Of a stretch of 64,000 bases of DNA, positions 18,231-31,629 are shown in pieces. Location of the stretch: the NCBI RefSeq assembly GCF_009914755.1, contig NC_060947.1; one strand, 5' to 3'. The stretch's first letter is position 1. Each line of letters opens with the position of its first letter. The notes below the pieces were generated by a model that worked only from the letters and a program-made list of their open reading frames with translations, ran no database searches and was not told where the DNA came from. Source of the DNA: the human T2T-CHM13v2.0 reference genome, Homo sapiens. Position numbers and translations under genes: made by a program.

Positions 18231-21200
18231 AGCCTCAAAGCCAATCTAACCTCTTGGTAAAGAGCCTCAACTCTTTATAAGGCATTGTTTTGTGTGAGGT
18301 CGAAATTATAGCTCTGTGCTGAAACTGCATGCTCATTCATAAACAACTGATGAAGTAGCGAGTCACCAATTGAAATGTGATCTTGCTTATGTGCATAGCC
18401 AAGGCAGTAACACTAATATAGCTGAGCGGGCTATTATCCCCACTAGCATACCCTTTTTTTAGATCTTTTCTTTTCCTCCTTAGGTGAGGTCTTTATTAGG
18501 TCCTGCCCACTCTGGAGGTTGCTGCTCCAAGGCCACAGCTTTCTTCCCATATGTAGACTGCTCCACACAACAAATCTCTGTCTGAAAGGTTGCACAAAAG
18601 AGGCCTGGAAAAGAAGTGGCTTAAAATGCTCAATTGCAGTGTTCTGGCAAAAGGACTAATTGGCATTTTTATTCCAAAGGGGAAAAATTGCCTAATAGCA
18701 AGAATCAGCGAGTAGTACCACCCATGCAAACTGTTCGTTCTTGTTTCAGCTCAGAGGCCTCAAGTGGGGGAAAACAGCTCTTGTTTGCTCGGTGTTTTGT
18801 GTGGTAGAATCAGACTGATGCTGTTTAAATTCGACGCACAGGCCAATTAGAATCACGAAGCAGTTCCGTCTTTTTTTTGTTATTTTTTTTCCATGGTATT
18901 TTATACTACCAAAAATACACTCTGTTAAAACTCAAACTCCCACTACCTACCTAACTTAAATGTAGAAAATAGGACGGGGATTTTTTTTTGCAAAGTCTTC
19001 TGTACATATATTTACTATAAACTGACTAGAAGATTTAAGAGTTTTAGACATCTATAAAAAATTGGGTGATTTTCTGAATCGAGTGGAAAGCAGATGGCTG
19101 TGATTTCTACGTTAATATCCAGTTGACTAGTTGTGAGTCAAATCCTGCAGAAGCAGAGCGCAGGAGGGTGGAGGTGGAGGCAAATGAGAGTAATAGAGGT
19201 AGGCTGTGAGTAGCAGAGAATTTTCTCCAGCACTTTGGGGGAAAACTGAATTTTGGACCACATATGTTAACTTATCTTTCCATTTAATTCTTTTCTAATG
19301 TATGGGGACAAAGAGAAGGTATGTTCCTGGAGGCAATTCCCTCTGTGATGTCTCTTCCTGTAGCTCTGGCCCAGATAGAGGCCTCGTAAACGTGAGGCTT
19401 AAAGTAAAGGCTCCAGCTGGGTAGAGGATGGCAAGCAACGTGGTTTGCAGATGAGATTGTGTCCTTAGCATTCGTTGTGACTTCACATATAAATCTTGTT
19501 CAAGCATTGTCATTTGTCCTAGTGTTTGGTCTTTAATTTACATGGTTCTGCATCAGTGGTGTTCCTTTCTCTCAGAAGACTCCACCTCAGCTCCTTTTCA
19601 TTCATATCTTCCCGTGTCCAGATACCAACTGTTTGTCAAAGAAGAGTTCAAAACACAAATACCATTGGATTCTGCAACTTGGAAATTATGTCTTTCCTTT
19701 TCTTAAACTCCTGGAATACATTGCATATGTCTCTGTCAAGGTGTTGGCCACTTTTTACCCTGTTGCCACTGTGGAGTAGACTCCTATGGCTGGTACTAGA
19801 ACTACAAGTTCTGTATCCTCCATAGTGGCTGCACAAGGGCTCAGTGTGTGGGCTGAACCAATGAACAAATGAATGTACTTCAGGGTTAAGAAATATGACT
19901 TAGTGCTTGATACTGATACTAGACTAGGTTATATCCCACCAACCATTGTGAGGGTGCCAAACACCTGTCAAACTTGATTAAACTGAGCAAAGGACAATTG
20001 GAAATTTCAGCAAGATTCTCTCCCTGTTAGTATAACTTGGGACTTTCCTCTCTATTGCCCTATACTCCTTGGCTCTTCAGTGCTCATGATGTCCCGAGAA
20101 AAGAGTGGTTTTACATAATTTATAATTCAAAAGAGTGCATTTTTCAGACACCCTCACATAGCACCATGTGTAACTCTTACACATAGTGCTTACACATGTA
20201 ACTCTTACACATAGAAGAGTTACACATGGTGCTATGTGAGAGTCTCTGAAAAAGGACACATAGACCCAGCCCCTTCTCTCTGAACATGGTATTGATGCAA
20301 ACATATGCAGACAATATAATTAAACATTTCAGCTCCCATGTAGGTTTATAAGAAGTTGTTTGTGTCGGAGGTTGGTGAGTGCCTGGATTGGGAGGAAGGA
20401 GGGAAGCAAGTCCTGAATCGTGCATCCATTTGCAGGTACTGAGTTCTGTTTTGTTTCCCACATATTCTGCCTTCTTCTCACTGAAGAAAGTACTTTCTAG
20501 TGCTAACATCTTGTGAGTTTGGCTTCCCTAAAACCCTGTCCCTGGGAACAAAAGAAAATTCCCCTACTCAAGGGCTGAGAGAAACAGGTCCAGATTAAAA
20601 CCTTCTGGCTTCGGATTTGGATGGAGGGAACCTTTGTTTAAAAATTGATATCTTTGGAATGTAATGCTGCAAAAAAAAAAAGACGGCATCTCTTCATATT
20701 GTATCTGGTGCTTGGATTAAGAGAACTCTGTGGTATAGAAGATAGCTCCAAGCACAGGATATCAGGACATCTGGGTTTTAGCACTCATTGTGTCATCTAC
20801 TCTCTATGGAGCAGCCGACAAATTGCTTTTACTTTCTTGGTACTTGGAGCCCTTGCCTCTAGACTGAAGAGTTGGACTTCATCATCTGTGGGTCTCTGCA
20901 TATTTAAAATAAACTAAATTTTACCTGATTGTTTTCTCATTACTTACAGAGTGTGTTTTCTTCATTCAAAGGGGTTTGGTGGGGGATCTTCTCATACATT
21001 TTGGAATGCCTGTAGGATATATTCACTTCTTTTGGGTTGATATGAAATGTTTCATAGCCCTAAAGCAATTTACTACAGTTGACTTTACTATGTGGGGTTC
21101 CATTTCATGTTATAAAATAGAGGGAAAATTTTCTTCTGGTTTGTTGTAAGTTAGTAATATTAGACTACCTATGGCCCCCTCCTTTTGAACATCATTAGTG

Positions 21201-21534
21201 GAAAGAGAGGCGATAAACACTATCTTGTAACGTTCAGTTCATAACGAAGAGCATTTGGAAGCTTTTTCCAGGGTAGGTTTATGGGTGATGATTCTGTGCT
21301 GCTGTCGCCAGAAAGTGCTTGACCAACCATTGAGGAATTAAGACATAAATAGATGCTCTTTGGGTCAACTCCCTGTTCTCAAGGCCAGACACCTAGAATT
21401 CAGTCCCTATCAGGCATATCAACTGGATTTTTGTCAGAGGATTCAGTCACTCTTTTAATTGGTGACCAATTGGTATTAACTCTCCAATACTTTTGAAACT
21501 CTTGAGGATGTGAAATCCATGTTATCAATCCATC

Positions 21535-22180
21535 ATCAGTCCATCCAACAAAAGTTTACTGTGCTCTACTCTGTACCAACCACTGTTCTACTACAACTGT
21601 GAACAGAACAGATAAGAATCTGTGACCTCTATAGAGTTTATATTTTAGTGGGGCAGTAGGGTGGCAGAGTGACAGATAATGACCTAAATAAAGAAGGAAG
21701 TATATATTAACAGTATGTTAAATGACAGTAAATACTATGAGAAAATACTAAATCCAGGGAGGTGAGTAGAGAATATTGGTAGTGGGATAGCAATTTAAAT
21801 TTGCATAAACTATTTTGGAAAAAGCTAATATTTGAGGCGGTACAGAGTAGTGGTTCCAAACATGGACTTTGGAGCCAGAGTTGTTGGGTTCAGATGCAGG
21901 GTCTATTATTTTTCAGTTGTGCAACTTTGGGCAAAACTAGTGAAAATGATCTAGCCTCCAGGCTTTAGTAGGACAGTCTGGTGAAGGAGACCTGCAAATA
22001 GCTAAGAGACAGGGCAGAATGAAATGAGTGCTTCATAGAGAAATAAGCAGCAGATTGTGCGAGTTCCTTCTGGGGAATCAGAGGAGATCTCATAGAGGAA
22101 TTTGAATTGGGCCTTAAATGGCCTTGAATGGACCTTAAATTGATTAAAGTTCTAGGGAGGCAGATTGACACCTAAGGTAC
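21535..22180 (+). mobile_element. L2 fragments with a MIR at about 21830-21960
   Basis: L2 motif catccaacaaaagtttactgtgctctactctgtacc; MIR ggactttggagccaga. Confidence 0.65.
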
Positions 22181-22214
22181 ACATCCCTAAAGGCTGCGGT
22201 TGCCCAAAGGCAGA

Positions 22215-22367
22215 GTGAGCTGCCTCTGGAGGTGTCGCTAGTGATGTCTGAGCCCAGGGTGAGTGTCCGTTGATGAGAGAGGTAGTAGAGAAGATTCACA
22301 CATTGGATGGACAAGTTGAACTTGGTGGTCTTGATTACCTTCCAACCAGAGATTCTGTGATTCTACA
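22215..22367 (+). mobile_element. L3/CR1-type 3' end
   Basis: ccttccaaccagagattctgtgattcta terminal motif. Confidence 0.55.
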
Positions 22368-25300
22368 ATATTTAAAGTGCTGCAAGCCAGATTATTCTCT
22401 TTTATATTTGAGACATCTCATTGCCTGCCCTCTACAAAGCTGTTTGCATAAACTGTAACTTCCTCTGAACAATGCTTTACTGGGACAAGTTAAATTAATC
22501 AAATCTCTGTTTGAATAATCAGAAATTCCAGATTGGTGTGCTAATATCAGTAAAGTCTTATTGTTGAGTATTTTGAACAGGTGTAGCCTCCTGAATTTGG
22601 GGTGGAGTAAAGGGCCCTGTGACTGACCTTGGAAAACTCAGCTTGTTTCTATCCAAATGTAGCTAAGACAGGTGAACTCCAAAGCTTGAGCTCACTTCTC
22701 CATTTTGCTCCCTATAGTGTGATCAGTAATAAAATCACTTGTGAAATCTGTTTGTATTTCATGTATGTGATGTCTTGTCCATTATATTATTAACTATGTG
22801 TTGCAGAAGGATGCATCAGTTACTACATGTTCTTTTATCCACGTGGCCCATGGGCCCCTTGTATTTAGTCTGTACATTTATGCAAACTGTCATGGTCATT
22901 ATTGTTGGAAACCAAAATGTATGGACTAATCTATTCTTATTTTAAGGAGTGTTGTAAACTTTGACTTCATGATGTGAGAAATTTACAGTCCATAGGCTAG
23001 AGAGCCCATCTTTGCTCAGCTTAACATGTAAGCCTAGTTTCACCTTCTGTCTTTCAGGAACCCTAGGCTGTTTCTGTTTCTAGTACTAGAAGAAATAACG
23101 TTTATTCTGCCTGTATTTAAACCTCATACCTGGGCTCTGGCTCACACTGCCTTTGTAGGTGACCTGCAGGTCCCTAGGTTCTGAATATCCCAAGCTCTGT
23201 GGTTGAACTAGGCCCTTGTCTTAGGTTACCATCTTTTGATAGTTTTTTAAAATGGAATAACTTTTTGGAGTAGTCTAAGATAGAGGACTTCATTTTCCAA
23301 TTCAACTGGCACTGCCAGTAAGGATTACAGGTCAGGTAAGAGAAAGCCAAACTGATCTTTATGTTAATATTTCTCATCAGCAATCAACACATGAGACATT
23401 TTATATTGTAAGTTATTTGCTTGGCTCCCCTTCCTCATCGCTTCTTCTCCTTATTCCAAACAAGATGTGTAATGCCGTTGTTCAAAGGTAGTATTCTTGT
23501 AAACAACTGTATATAAGCCCCTGAGCTTAGACTTTAAAGGTAGAACATCAAGGCCCAGAAAACTTAATAATCCAATGTTCTAAAACTTCTCAGAATAAAA
23601 ATTAATTCAATAAAATATGTTAAATAGCGTTTGGAGTGTGTGTGTAGTGGTGAAGAGTAGTTAATGAGTAACTGACCACACAAAGATGGAGTTGTAGGGC
23701 TCCAAGACGTGAATGGTACTGAAAGACAAGAGAAGAGGAGAGTTAAGAGCTGGGGCTGGAGGGAGACAGGGCCTGCTCAGGACTGAGTATTGTCAGTTAG
23801 ACCTGCTCTTGGTTTGCCTTGCTTGGTTTCAGAGCCAGCCTCTGCAAGGAACCAGTTTTTTGTTTGTTTGTTTGTTTGTTTATTTGTTTTTTTGTTTTTT
23901 TGTGTTTTTTTTTGCAGTCTTCTGCTTTCCAGTTCACCTTATTTTTTATTGTTCTTTCTGATTCAGAGTTTAGAGCTGTTGACCTGGTGGCTTCTTTACC
24001 TAGGGTTGAATGTTTTGGTCACTAAAATAACACATCATAGGGGCTATTTGTGTGCCTCTCTTCATGACAGGGCATGTGTGGACAGACAGATTGGAGCTTG
24101 GAAAAGCATCCCTTTTGGCGGAGATCTCAGAACACCCGAAAGCCCTGTCTTACAAGAAAAAAAAAAAAAAATGAGACATGACAAAAATAAACCAAGCCAA
24201 CCCAGAGCAAGATACTTGTTATTCATTTGTGAACTCTATGGAAATGAATAAAACCGTTTATTTTTCTTCTTGTGATTAGCTGTAAGGTCTGCTTTAAAAG
24301 ACAATAAATTCACTCAAAAGTTGCTTTCAAAGATTTTTTTTTTATTGGGCAGAAAGCATCCTAATAAAAAACCGGCTATATGCAAATAAAGTCATTTCTG
24401 TTTCTGGAAATCAGGTTTATAAGCACCACAAATACATTTCAATTGATAAAGAGAGCAGTAGGTAAAAATGTATAGTCAAATACTTCCTGTTCACTTCCAA
24501 CATATACATATTTTTCTAGTACATTGCTCAATTGTGAAATCAGGACGAAAGCATGCAATAAACATTTTTTTGCAGCAAATTTTAGTAAAATATCTGTAAA
24601 AAGAAGACCAAATATACCAATGTTGAATATTACAATGTATTTGATTAATTTTTTCTTCTTTTAATACAAAATTGTCAGATAATCTTGTCCTGCAAAAATA
24701 CTACATTTTAAAATTCTGTGTGGTGCTATCAGGCACCCCCGGTCTCTTCGAGCTATAACTGGTACCGAGCTCGTGCTGCTTGTCAAAATTTAATGAGAGG
24801 GCCCATTCTAAAATAATTGAATTTTCATATCAGAACGAACCAGGATTACTCAGACAATAAAATTGCTGAGTCCTGTACTGTTACCGGCAAATACCTTTTG
24901 CTTTGCTCATGAAATCAGTATGTAAATGTTCAGGGTTTGTATTTAAGGCATCTTAGGCATTTGGAGTTGTAGTACTAGCAATAATTTCAAATGGTGCCGG
25001 TGATAAGTAGCTGGTTTTTTATAATGTTCAAAGTGTAATTTTTTTGGTGAATCAGGATAAGCATTTGGTTTATATTTTATATAAATGTTAATGCACTTGC
25101 AGTTTAATTATATTTCTTAACTTTTAACATTTCAGAAGTCAAATTTGAGGACTAGTCCATCAGATTGTCTTGCTTTCATAACATTCTGAAAAATGGGAGC
25201 ACCCCTATGCAGTGAGTTTAAAAAGTAAGAGGTGCCTGGAAAGTTCATGATGGTATGTTTTGGAAGCTGGCAGCACTGATAATGAAGTGGGAGAAATGCC

Positions 25301-25800
25301 ATTCCATAGGTGTGCCCTCCTGCATAATGGTGAGCTCTCTGAGACACAGCATGGAACTTGAGAGTCCTCTATCAAGAGCAAGGAAGACACCTTAGGGAGT
25401 GGCTAATTTATTTCACTTATGATAGTTGAGTTGGAGAGCAACTATTGAATAAAGTAATATAATTTTTAAAATTTAACAAGAGTTTCTATAACATTGCAGT
25501 GATTGAGGGTATCAGGACAGAACAGAGCTCTTTCTAGTGTGGTAGCGAAAGTTGGTTTAAAAAGTGTTATTTTCTATATTCTTATTTTAAAATGATTTGC
25601 AGGATTGTAGCCTTTAAGCAAATGTGTACTCAATCAAAATTAGCTATGTAATTTGCAAGAGATAACAGTACTTGTCAAAATTAGAACTTTTTTTTTCATA
25701 TCCCCTTCATGATATGGCTTGGTTTGGTTGAAAGAGGATTGGATAATATAGCCTTAGAGGTAGAAGACCTAGCTTTTTCTTTCTTTCATATCATAGAATG

Positions 25801-26007
25801 CAAGGGTTATCAAACTACAGCCTGTGGGCAAAATATGGCCTGCTGGCTGTTTTTGTAAATAACCTTTACTGAAACACAGCCAATTGTCTATTGCTGGTTT
25901 TGTGCTCCATGCGCAGAGTTGAGTAATTGCAACAGAGGTCATATGGCCTGAAAAAGTCTAAAATGTTTGCCGTCTGGCCCTTTACAGGAAAAGTTTGCAG
26001 ACCCCTG
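25801..26007 (+). mobile_element. MER58A
   Basis: Matches the consensus along its length, ending aaagtttgcagacccctg. Confidence 0.85.
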
Positions 26008-26055
26008 ATTTAGTAACCTGCCTTTAGAGGGTTATTACTTCCAAGTCTTCATTGG

Positions 26056-26081
26056 CGGTAGTAGTGGTGGTGGTGATGGTA

Positions 26082-26113
<32 letters not shown>

Positions 26114-26310
26114 AGCTAACACATACTAACACTTAAGTACCCTAAGCACTTTGCATGTATACATTCATTTAACCCTCACAACAACCCTATATTATAGCAC
26201 TGTTACTATCCCAATTTTGCATATAAGGAAAAGGAAGCAGAGAGAGGGTGAGTGATATGTTCATTCTCACTTGGCCAGTGAGTGGCAGAGCCAGGCTGTC
26301 TGGCTCAAGA
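26056..26310 (-). mobile_element. MIR with (GAT)n tail at about 26082-26113
   Basis: cattcatttaaccctcacaacaaccctat core. Confidence 0.8.
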
Positions 26311-26349
26311 ACTTATGTATGCTCATCTTATTTTTGTTTTTTTTTTTTA

Positions 26350-27985
<1,636 letters not shown>

Positions 27986-28349
27986 TGTTTTCTACTCTCT
28001 TAACCTCTATGATAAATGGCCTCTTTGTAGAATGGAAATTATAATCCTGAATCTGCCTGAAGGTTCTTATGTGGGAGCAGATGATCTGTTGAGGTATCTC
28101 CATCTGTGAGATTTCTTATAAATCAGTATTTTTTAGACAGTTTCTAAAATGTGTGAGATGGCTAGAGTGCTTGGGTTTGAGCCATAAGGTCCAAGGTCAA
28201 AATTCTTCACTGGGCTTTGATTCAGAGGTTATGATGATTTTTTGGTGTAAGAATATAGGCCCCTGCAGATACTATAAAGTTAGTAACCATAGTAAAAAAC
28301 CTAAATTTTGGGATCATATAGGATAATTTATATATTGAACATTGCTTTC

Positions 28350-28550
28350 TGGTATATAAAACACCTTCTAATAAGTCATCTCATTTGATCTTGATATCTC
28401 TCCTAGGTGATAGGCACTATTATTATCTCTATGTTACAAGAGGATCAGAGTGGTTAAGTACTTTTCCACAGTCGCACAGCTAGTAAGTAGCAGAGTAGGG
28501 ATCCAAACTGAGGTCTTTGGACTTATAACCTGGCATTCCTTCCAGCATAT
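28350..28550 (-). mobile_element. MIR
   Basis: ggttaagtacttttccacagtcgcacagctagtaagtagcagag. Confidence 0.75.
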
Positions 28551-29419
28551 CAAGATTGTTAACGTATCCTAGAATGTTGTTTGCAGCCCAGTAGTGGTGA
28601 CTCTATTAACTTCTCTTGGGGGGGGGATGAGGAGAGAGATGCTTTGGAAAATTTTCCTCGGCCAATGGTGCTTTTCTTTGGTAACTCTTAGGTGATCAGA
28701 CCCAGAGCCGAAGGTGTGGACTTGAGTATGTTTTATGTTTACTGTTTTTATTGCTCTTCCTTTCCCACTGCAGCTTGGTTATTGGAGTTGTTTGAAGGAG
28801 CAGGAGGAGATCTGATGAAACTTCTTTCAAGTCAGAACTTAACTCTGCAGTAGCCATGCTTGTCCTGGTGTCTACTAATTAAGCACTACCAGGGTCACCT
28901 TTCACTGTTGCTTCATGTGCAGGTGCCTGCATTAGTCATTATAAAAGAACATCCTACTCTTTTTTTCTCTGTGGTAGTAGATGGAGATTTCAACTCATTT
29001 CATATTGGCAACTACTCTGCCAGAAAATAGGAACAGTTTTTCACTGTTACCTGCTTCTACCAAAAGAGTTTTTTCCCTTAAAGCTTCTTGTGAATTGATT
29101 TCAACCATTGCTTCACTGAAAATTATTAATCCTCAGGGAAATATAGGGGATTAACCACAAAATACAACCAAGTGCATGAAGTAGAGTCTGTATTCTACTA
29201 GTTTCTTCCAAGGAGCTGGGGAATATCTCAATCGGACCTGAAGGGAGGAATCCTAGAATGTTTGAGGATCTGCCATACCCATTTTGTGCCTATAATTTCA
29301 GCAAGTTGGGAGAGAGAGAGGAATGTCTGCACCATGTGCCCTGCTGACCTAGATAAGAAATCACTTTAAGGGCAAGAAGTATTTCCTTCACTGATGCTAA
29401 CACCCCTCACTCTCAATTC

Positions 29420-29630
29420 TCACAAGGGATCTGGAATCAAAACACCTGGTTTAAATACTAACTTTATCAGTGTACATCCTTGGGAAAGTTACTTAAACTT
29501 TTTTCACTTCAGATTTCTTATTTGCCACATAGAGACAAAATAGTGCTTAGCTCATATAGTTGTAAGAATCAAAGCCATAATGCCATACAATGCTTAGCAT
29601 AGACTTTAGCACATAATGTAGTTGTCACTC
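29420..29630 (+). mobile_element. MIR
   Basis: ccttgggaaagttacttaaact core. Confidence 0.7.
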
Positions 29631-29789
29631 CAATGCTGGATGTTATTGTTTATCATGAATGTTATTGTTATTGATCATTGTGGTTATTATCTTCTTTATC
29701 AAAATAATGTTATCCAGGCCTCAAACCATCTAGTGATATAAAGTACAAATAGCAGTTGGACATTTTACTCCCCTATCTTGGTCACTTTC

Positions 29790-30545
29790 ATTAACAAGTG
29801 TGAGTGCTTCCTTAATAACAAGCATTAGCTAAAAATGTCCCCCCTCTCCCACCACCAAATCTTCAAACAGCCTCTAGATTATTCCCTCTGCCCCTACTCT
29901 TCAGGGCTTCAACATCATGCTCATCATCCTCTTCCTTAACTTTCTTTATAGCAAAACACCTTAAGAGAGCTATTTAAATTAATCCTCCACAATTCTTCTT
30001 CTCCCCTTTTCCCTTAAACCCACTCCAGTGAGGCATTCATTCCTACCACTCCAATGAAAGTACTGTTGTCAGGAGGGGAACACCACACACTGGGGCCTGT
30101 CGGGGGTGGGGGGCAAGGGGAGGGATAGCATTAGGAGAAATACCTAATGTAGATGATGAGTTGATGGGTGCAAGAAACCACCATGGCACATGTATACCTA
30201 TGTAACAAACCTGCACGTTCTGCACATGTATCCCAGAAAGAAGAAGAAGAAGAGGAAGAGGAAGAGGAAGAGGAAGAAGAAGAAGAAAAGAAGAAGAAGG
30301 AGAAGGAGAAGAAGAAGAAGAAGAAGAAGGCAGTACTGTGGTCAAGGTCATCAGCAACTTGTACATTGCTAAATCTATTGGTCTCTTCTCTTTTTTTTTT
30401 TCCTTACAGGGCGACCTGGTAACATTTGATATGATTCTGGATTTTCTTCCTACCTCATTGACTCCTTTTCCTTAATCTCCTTTCCTGGCCCCATCTTCTT
30501 ATAGCCACCTGTAAAAAAAGTGTTGGGATGCCCTACACCTGCTTC
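29790..30545 (-). mobile_element. L2 fragment interrupted by a short L1PA
   Basis: aaacccactcca...gtcaaggtcatcagcaact...ttgctaaatc L2 motifs. Confidence 0.7.
30071..30330 (+). mobile_element. Short L1PA 3' end with (GAA/GAGGAA)n tail
   Basis: L1PA 3' UTR text; TSD agtactgt(t/g)gtca. Confidence 0.9.
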
Positions 30546-30563
30546 TCTATCTCTATCTATATA

Positions 30564-30888
30564 CAGTTGACCATTGAACTACATGGGTTTGAAGTTCAAT
30601 TGCATGTGGTTTTTCTCCCACCTCTGCCACCCCTGAGACAGCAAGAAGAACCCTTTGTTTTCCTCCCACTTAATGAATAGTAAACATATTTTCTCTTCCT
30701 TATGATTTTCTTAATGACATTTTCTCTGTCTTATATTATTGTAAGAATACAGCATCAAAATATAATACATACAACATACAAAAAGTAAACTAGTAGTAGT
30801 TATGTTTGATGGAGTCAAGTTTTATGCAGATTTTTGACTGCGTGGGGGACCAGGGCCCCTTAACCCTTGTGTTGTTCAAGAATCAACT
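30564..30888 (+). mobile_element. Tigger2a (MER28)-type element
   Basis: TIRs cagttgaccattgaactaca / tgttgttcaagaatcaact. Confidence 0.8.
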
Positions 30889-31066
30889 TAATTCGTTTAT
30901 ATTGATTACATGTTGAAATGATTTTTTTTATATATTGGGTTAAAGAAAATATACTATTAATTTCATCCATTCTTTTTACTTTTTTTCAGTGCAATTACTG
31001 GAAAATTTCATAATATATATGTGGCTTGTATTTGTAGCTTACGTTCTTTTTGACCGGACAGCACTG
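30889..31066. mobile_element. MER33/MER3-type hAT-Charlie fragment
   Basis: tatattgattacatgttgaaatg...ggacagcactg terminus. Confidence 0.7.
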
Positions 31067-31119
31067 GCCTAGACGGAGCAACTGCTCTACATCCCTGGGT
31101 CCACCTCACTTCAGTGTCT

Positions 31120-31520
31120 GGTGAAATTCTCCTCATCCCTCAAGACCAACTGCTAATGTCTCTCTCCCCTTTCCTTGCTCTTTGCCACAAGCAGACAGAG
31201 TTAGCCATTCTTCCTAGTCTGCCCTGACTCTGTGCGTAAGTTGTGCTGACTTCCATAGCCCCCGACACCTAATGAGCAAAGAAAGAGGCCTGTGCCACTC
31301 CTGGGCTGTTGGTGGATTTTCTTTGTTGGTCTCCTTACAGGATTTGCTTCATCTCTCTGCTACAGCATTGCACACATTGGTTTCTAGTTATTTATTTGTA
31401 GGTCTTTCTCCCTACTCTATAATGAACTCCTAGATGTTCTGCATGGTTTCTAACTTAACTCTGATCCTCAGTGACCAGAACACCATGTTGCAGAAATTTG
31501 TGCTCATTAAGTATTACAGG
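31120..31520 (-). mobile_element. L2 fragments
   Basis: L2 3' end-like text (gtctttctccctactc...gtgctcattaagtatt). Confidence 0.5.
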
Positions 31521-31629
31521 GACATACAAATCGCTCTCAGTCTGCATTTCCTGCTGCCATTTGCCCCCAGCAATCCCACCTGATGACTTCCGATTTTCCC
31601 CATAGCTATTCCTTCCCTAGGTTGCAACC

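Noticed and set aside
22215-22235. Second CTCF-like motif on -
   Set aside because: Several core mismatches and inside an L3 remnant.
24741-24804. GGTCTC, GGTACCGAGCTCG and GGGCCC resembling a cloning polylinker
   Set aside because: Only 13 bp match a pUC-type MCS and the flanks are not vector-like; chance is sufficient.
28745-28925. Acceptor-like ctcttcctttcccactgcag
   Set aside because: No convincing donor or reading frame downstream.
30043-30422. Poly-E/K/R/S ORFs
   Set aside because: Translations of the GAA-rich L1 tail.
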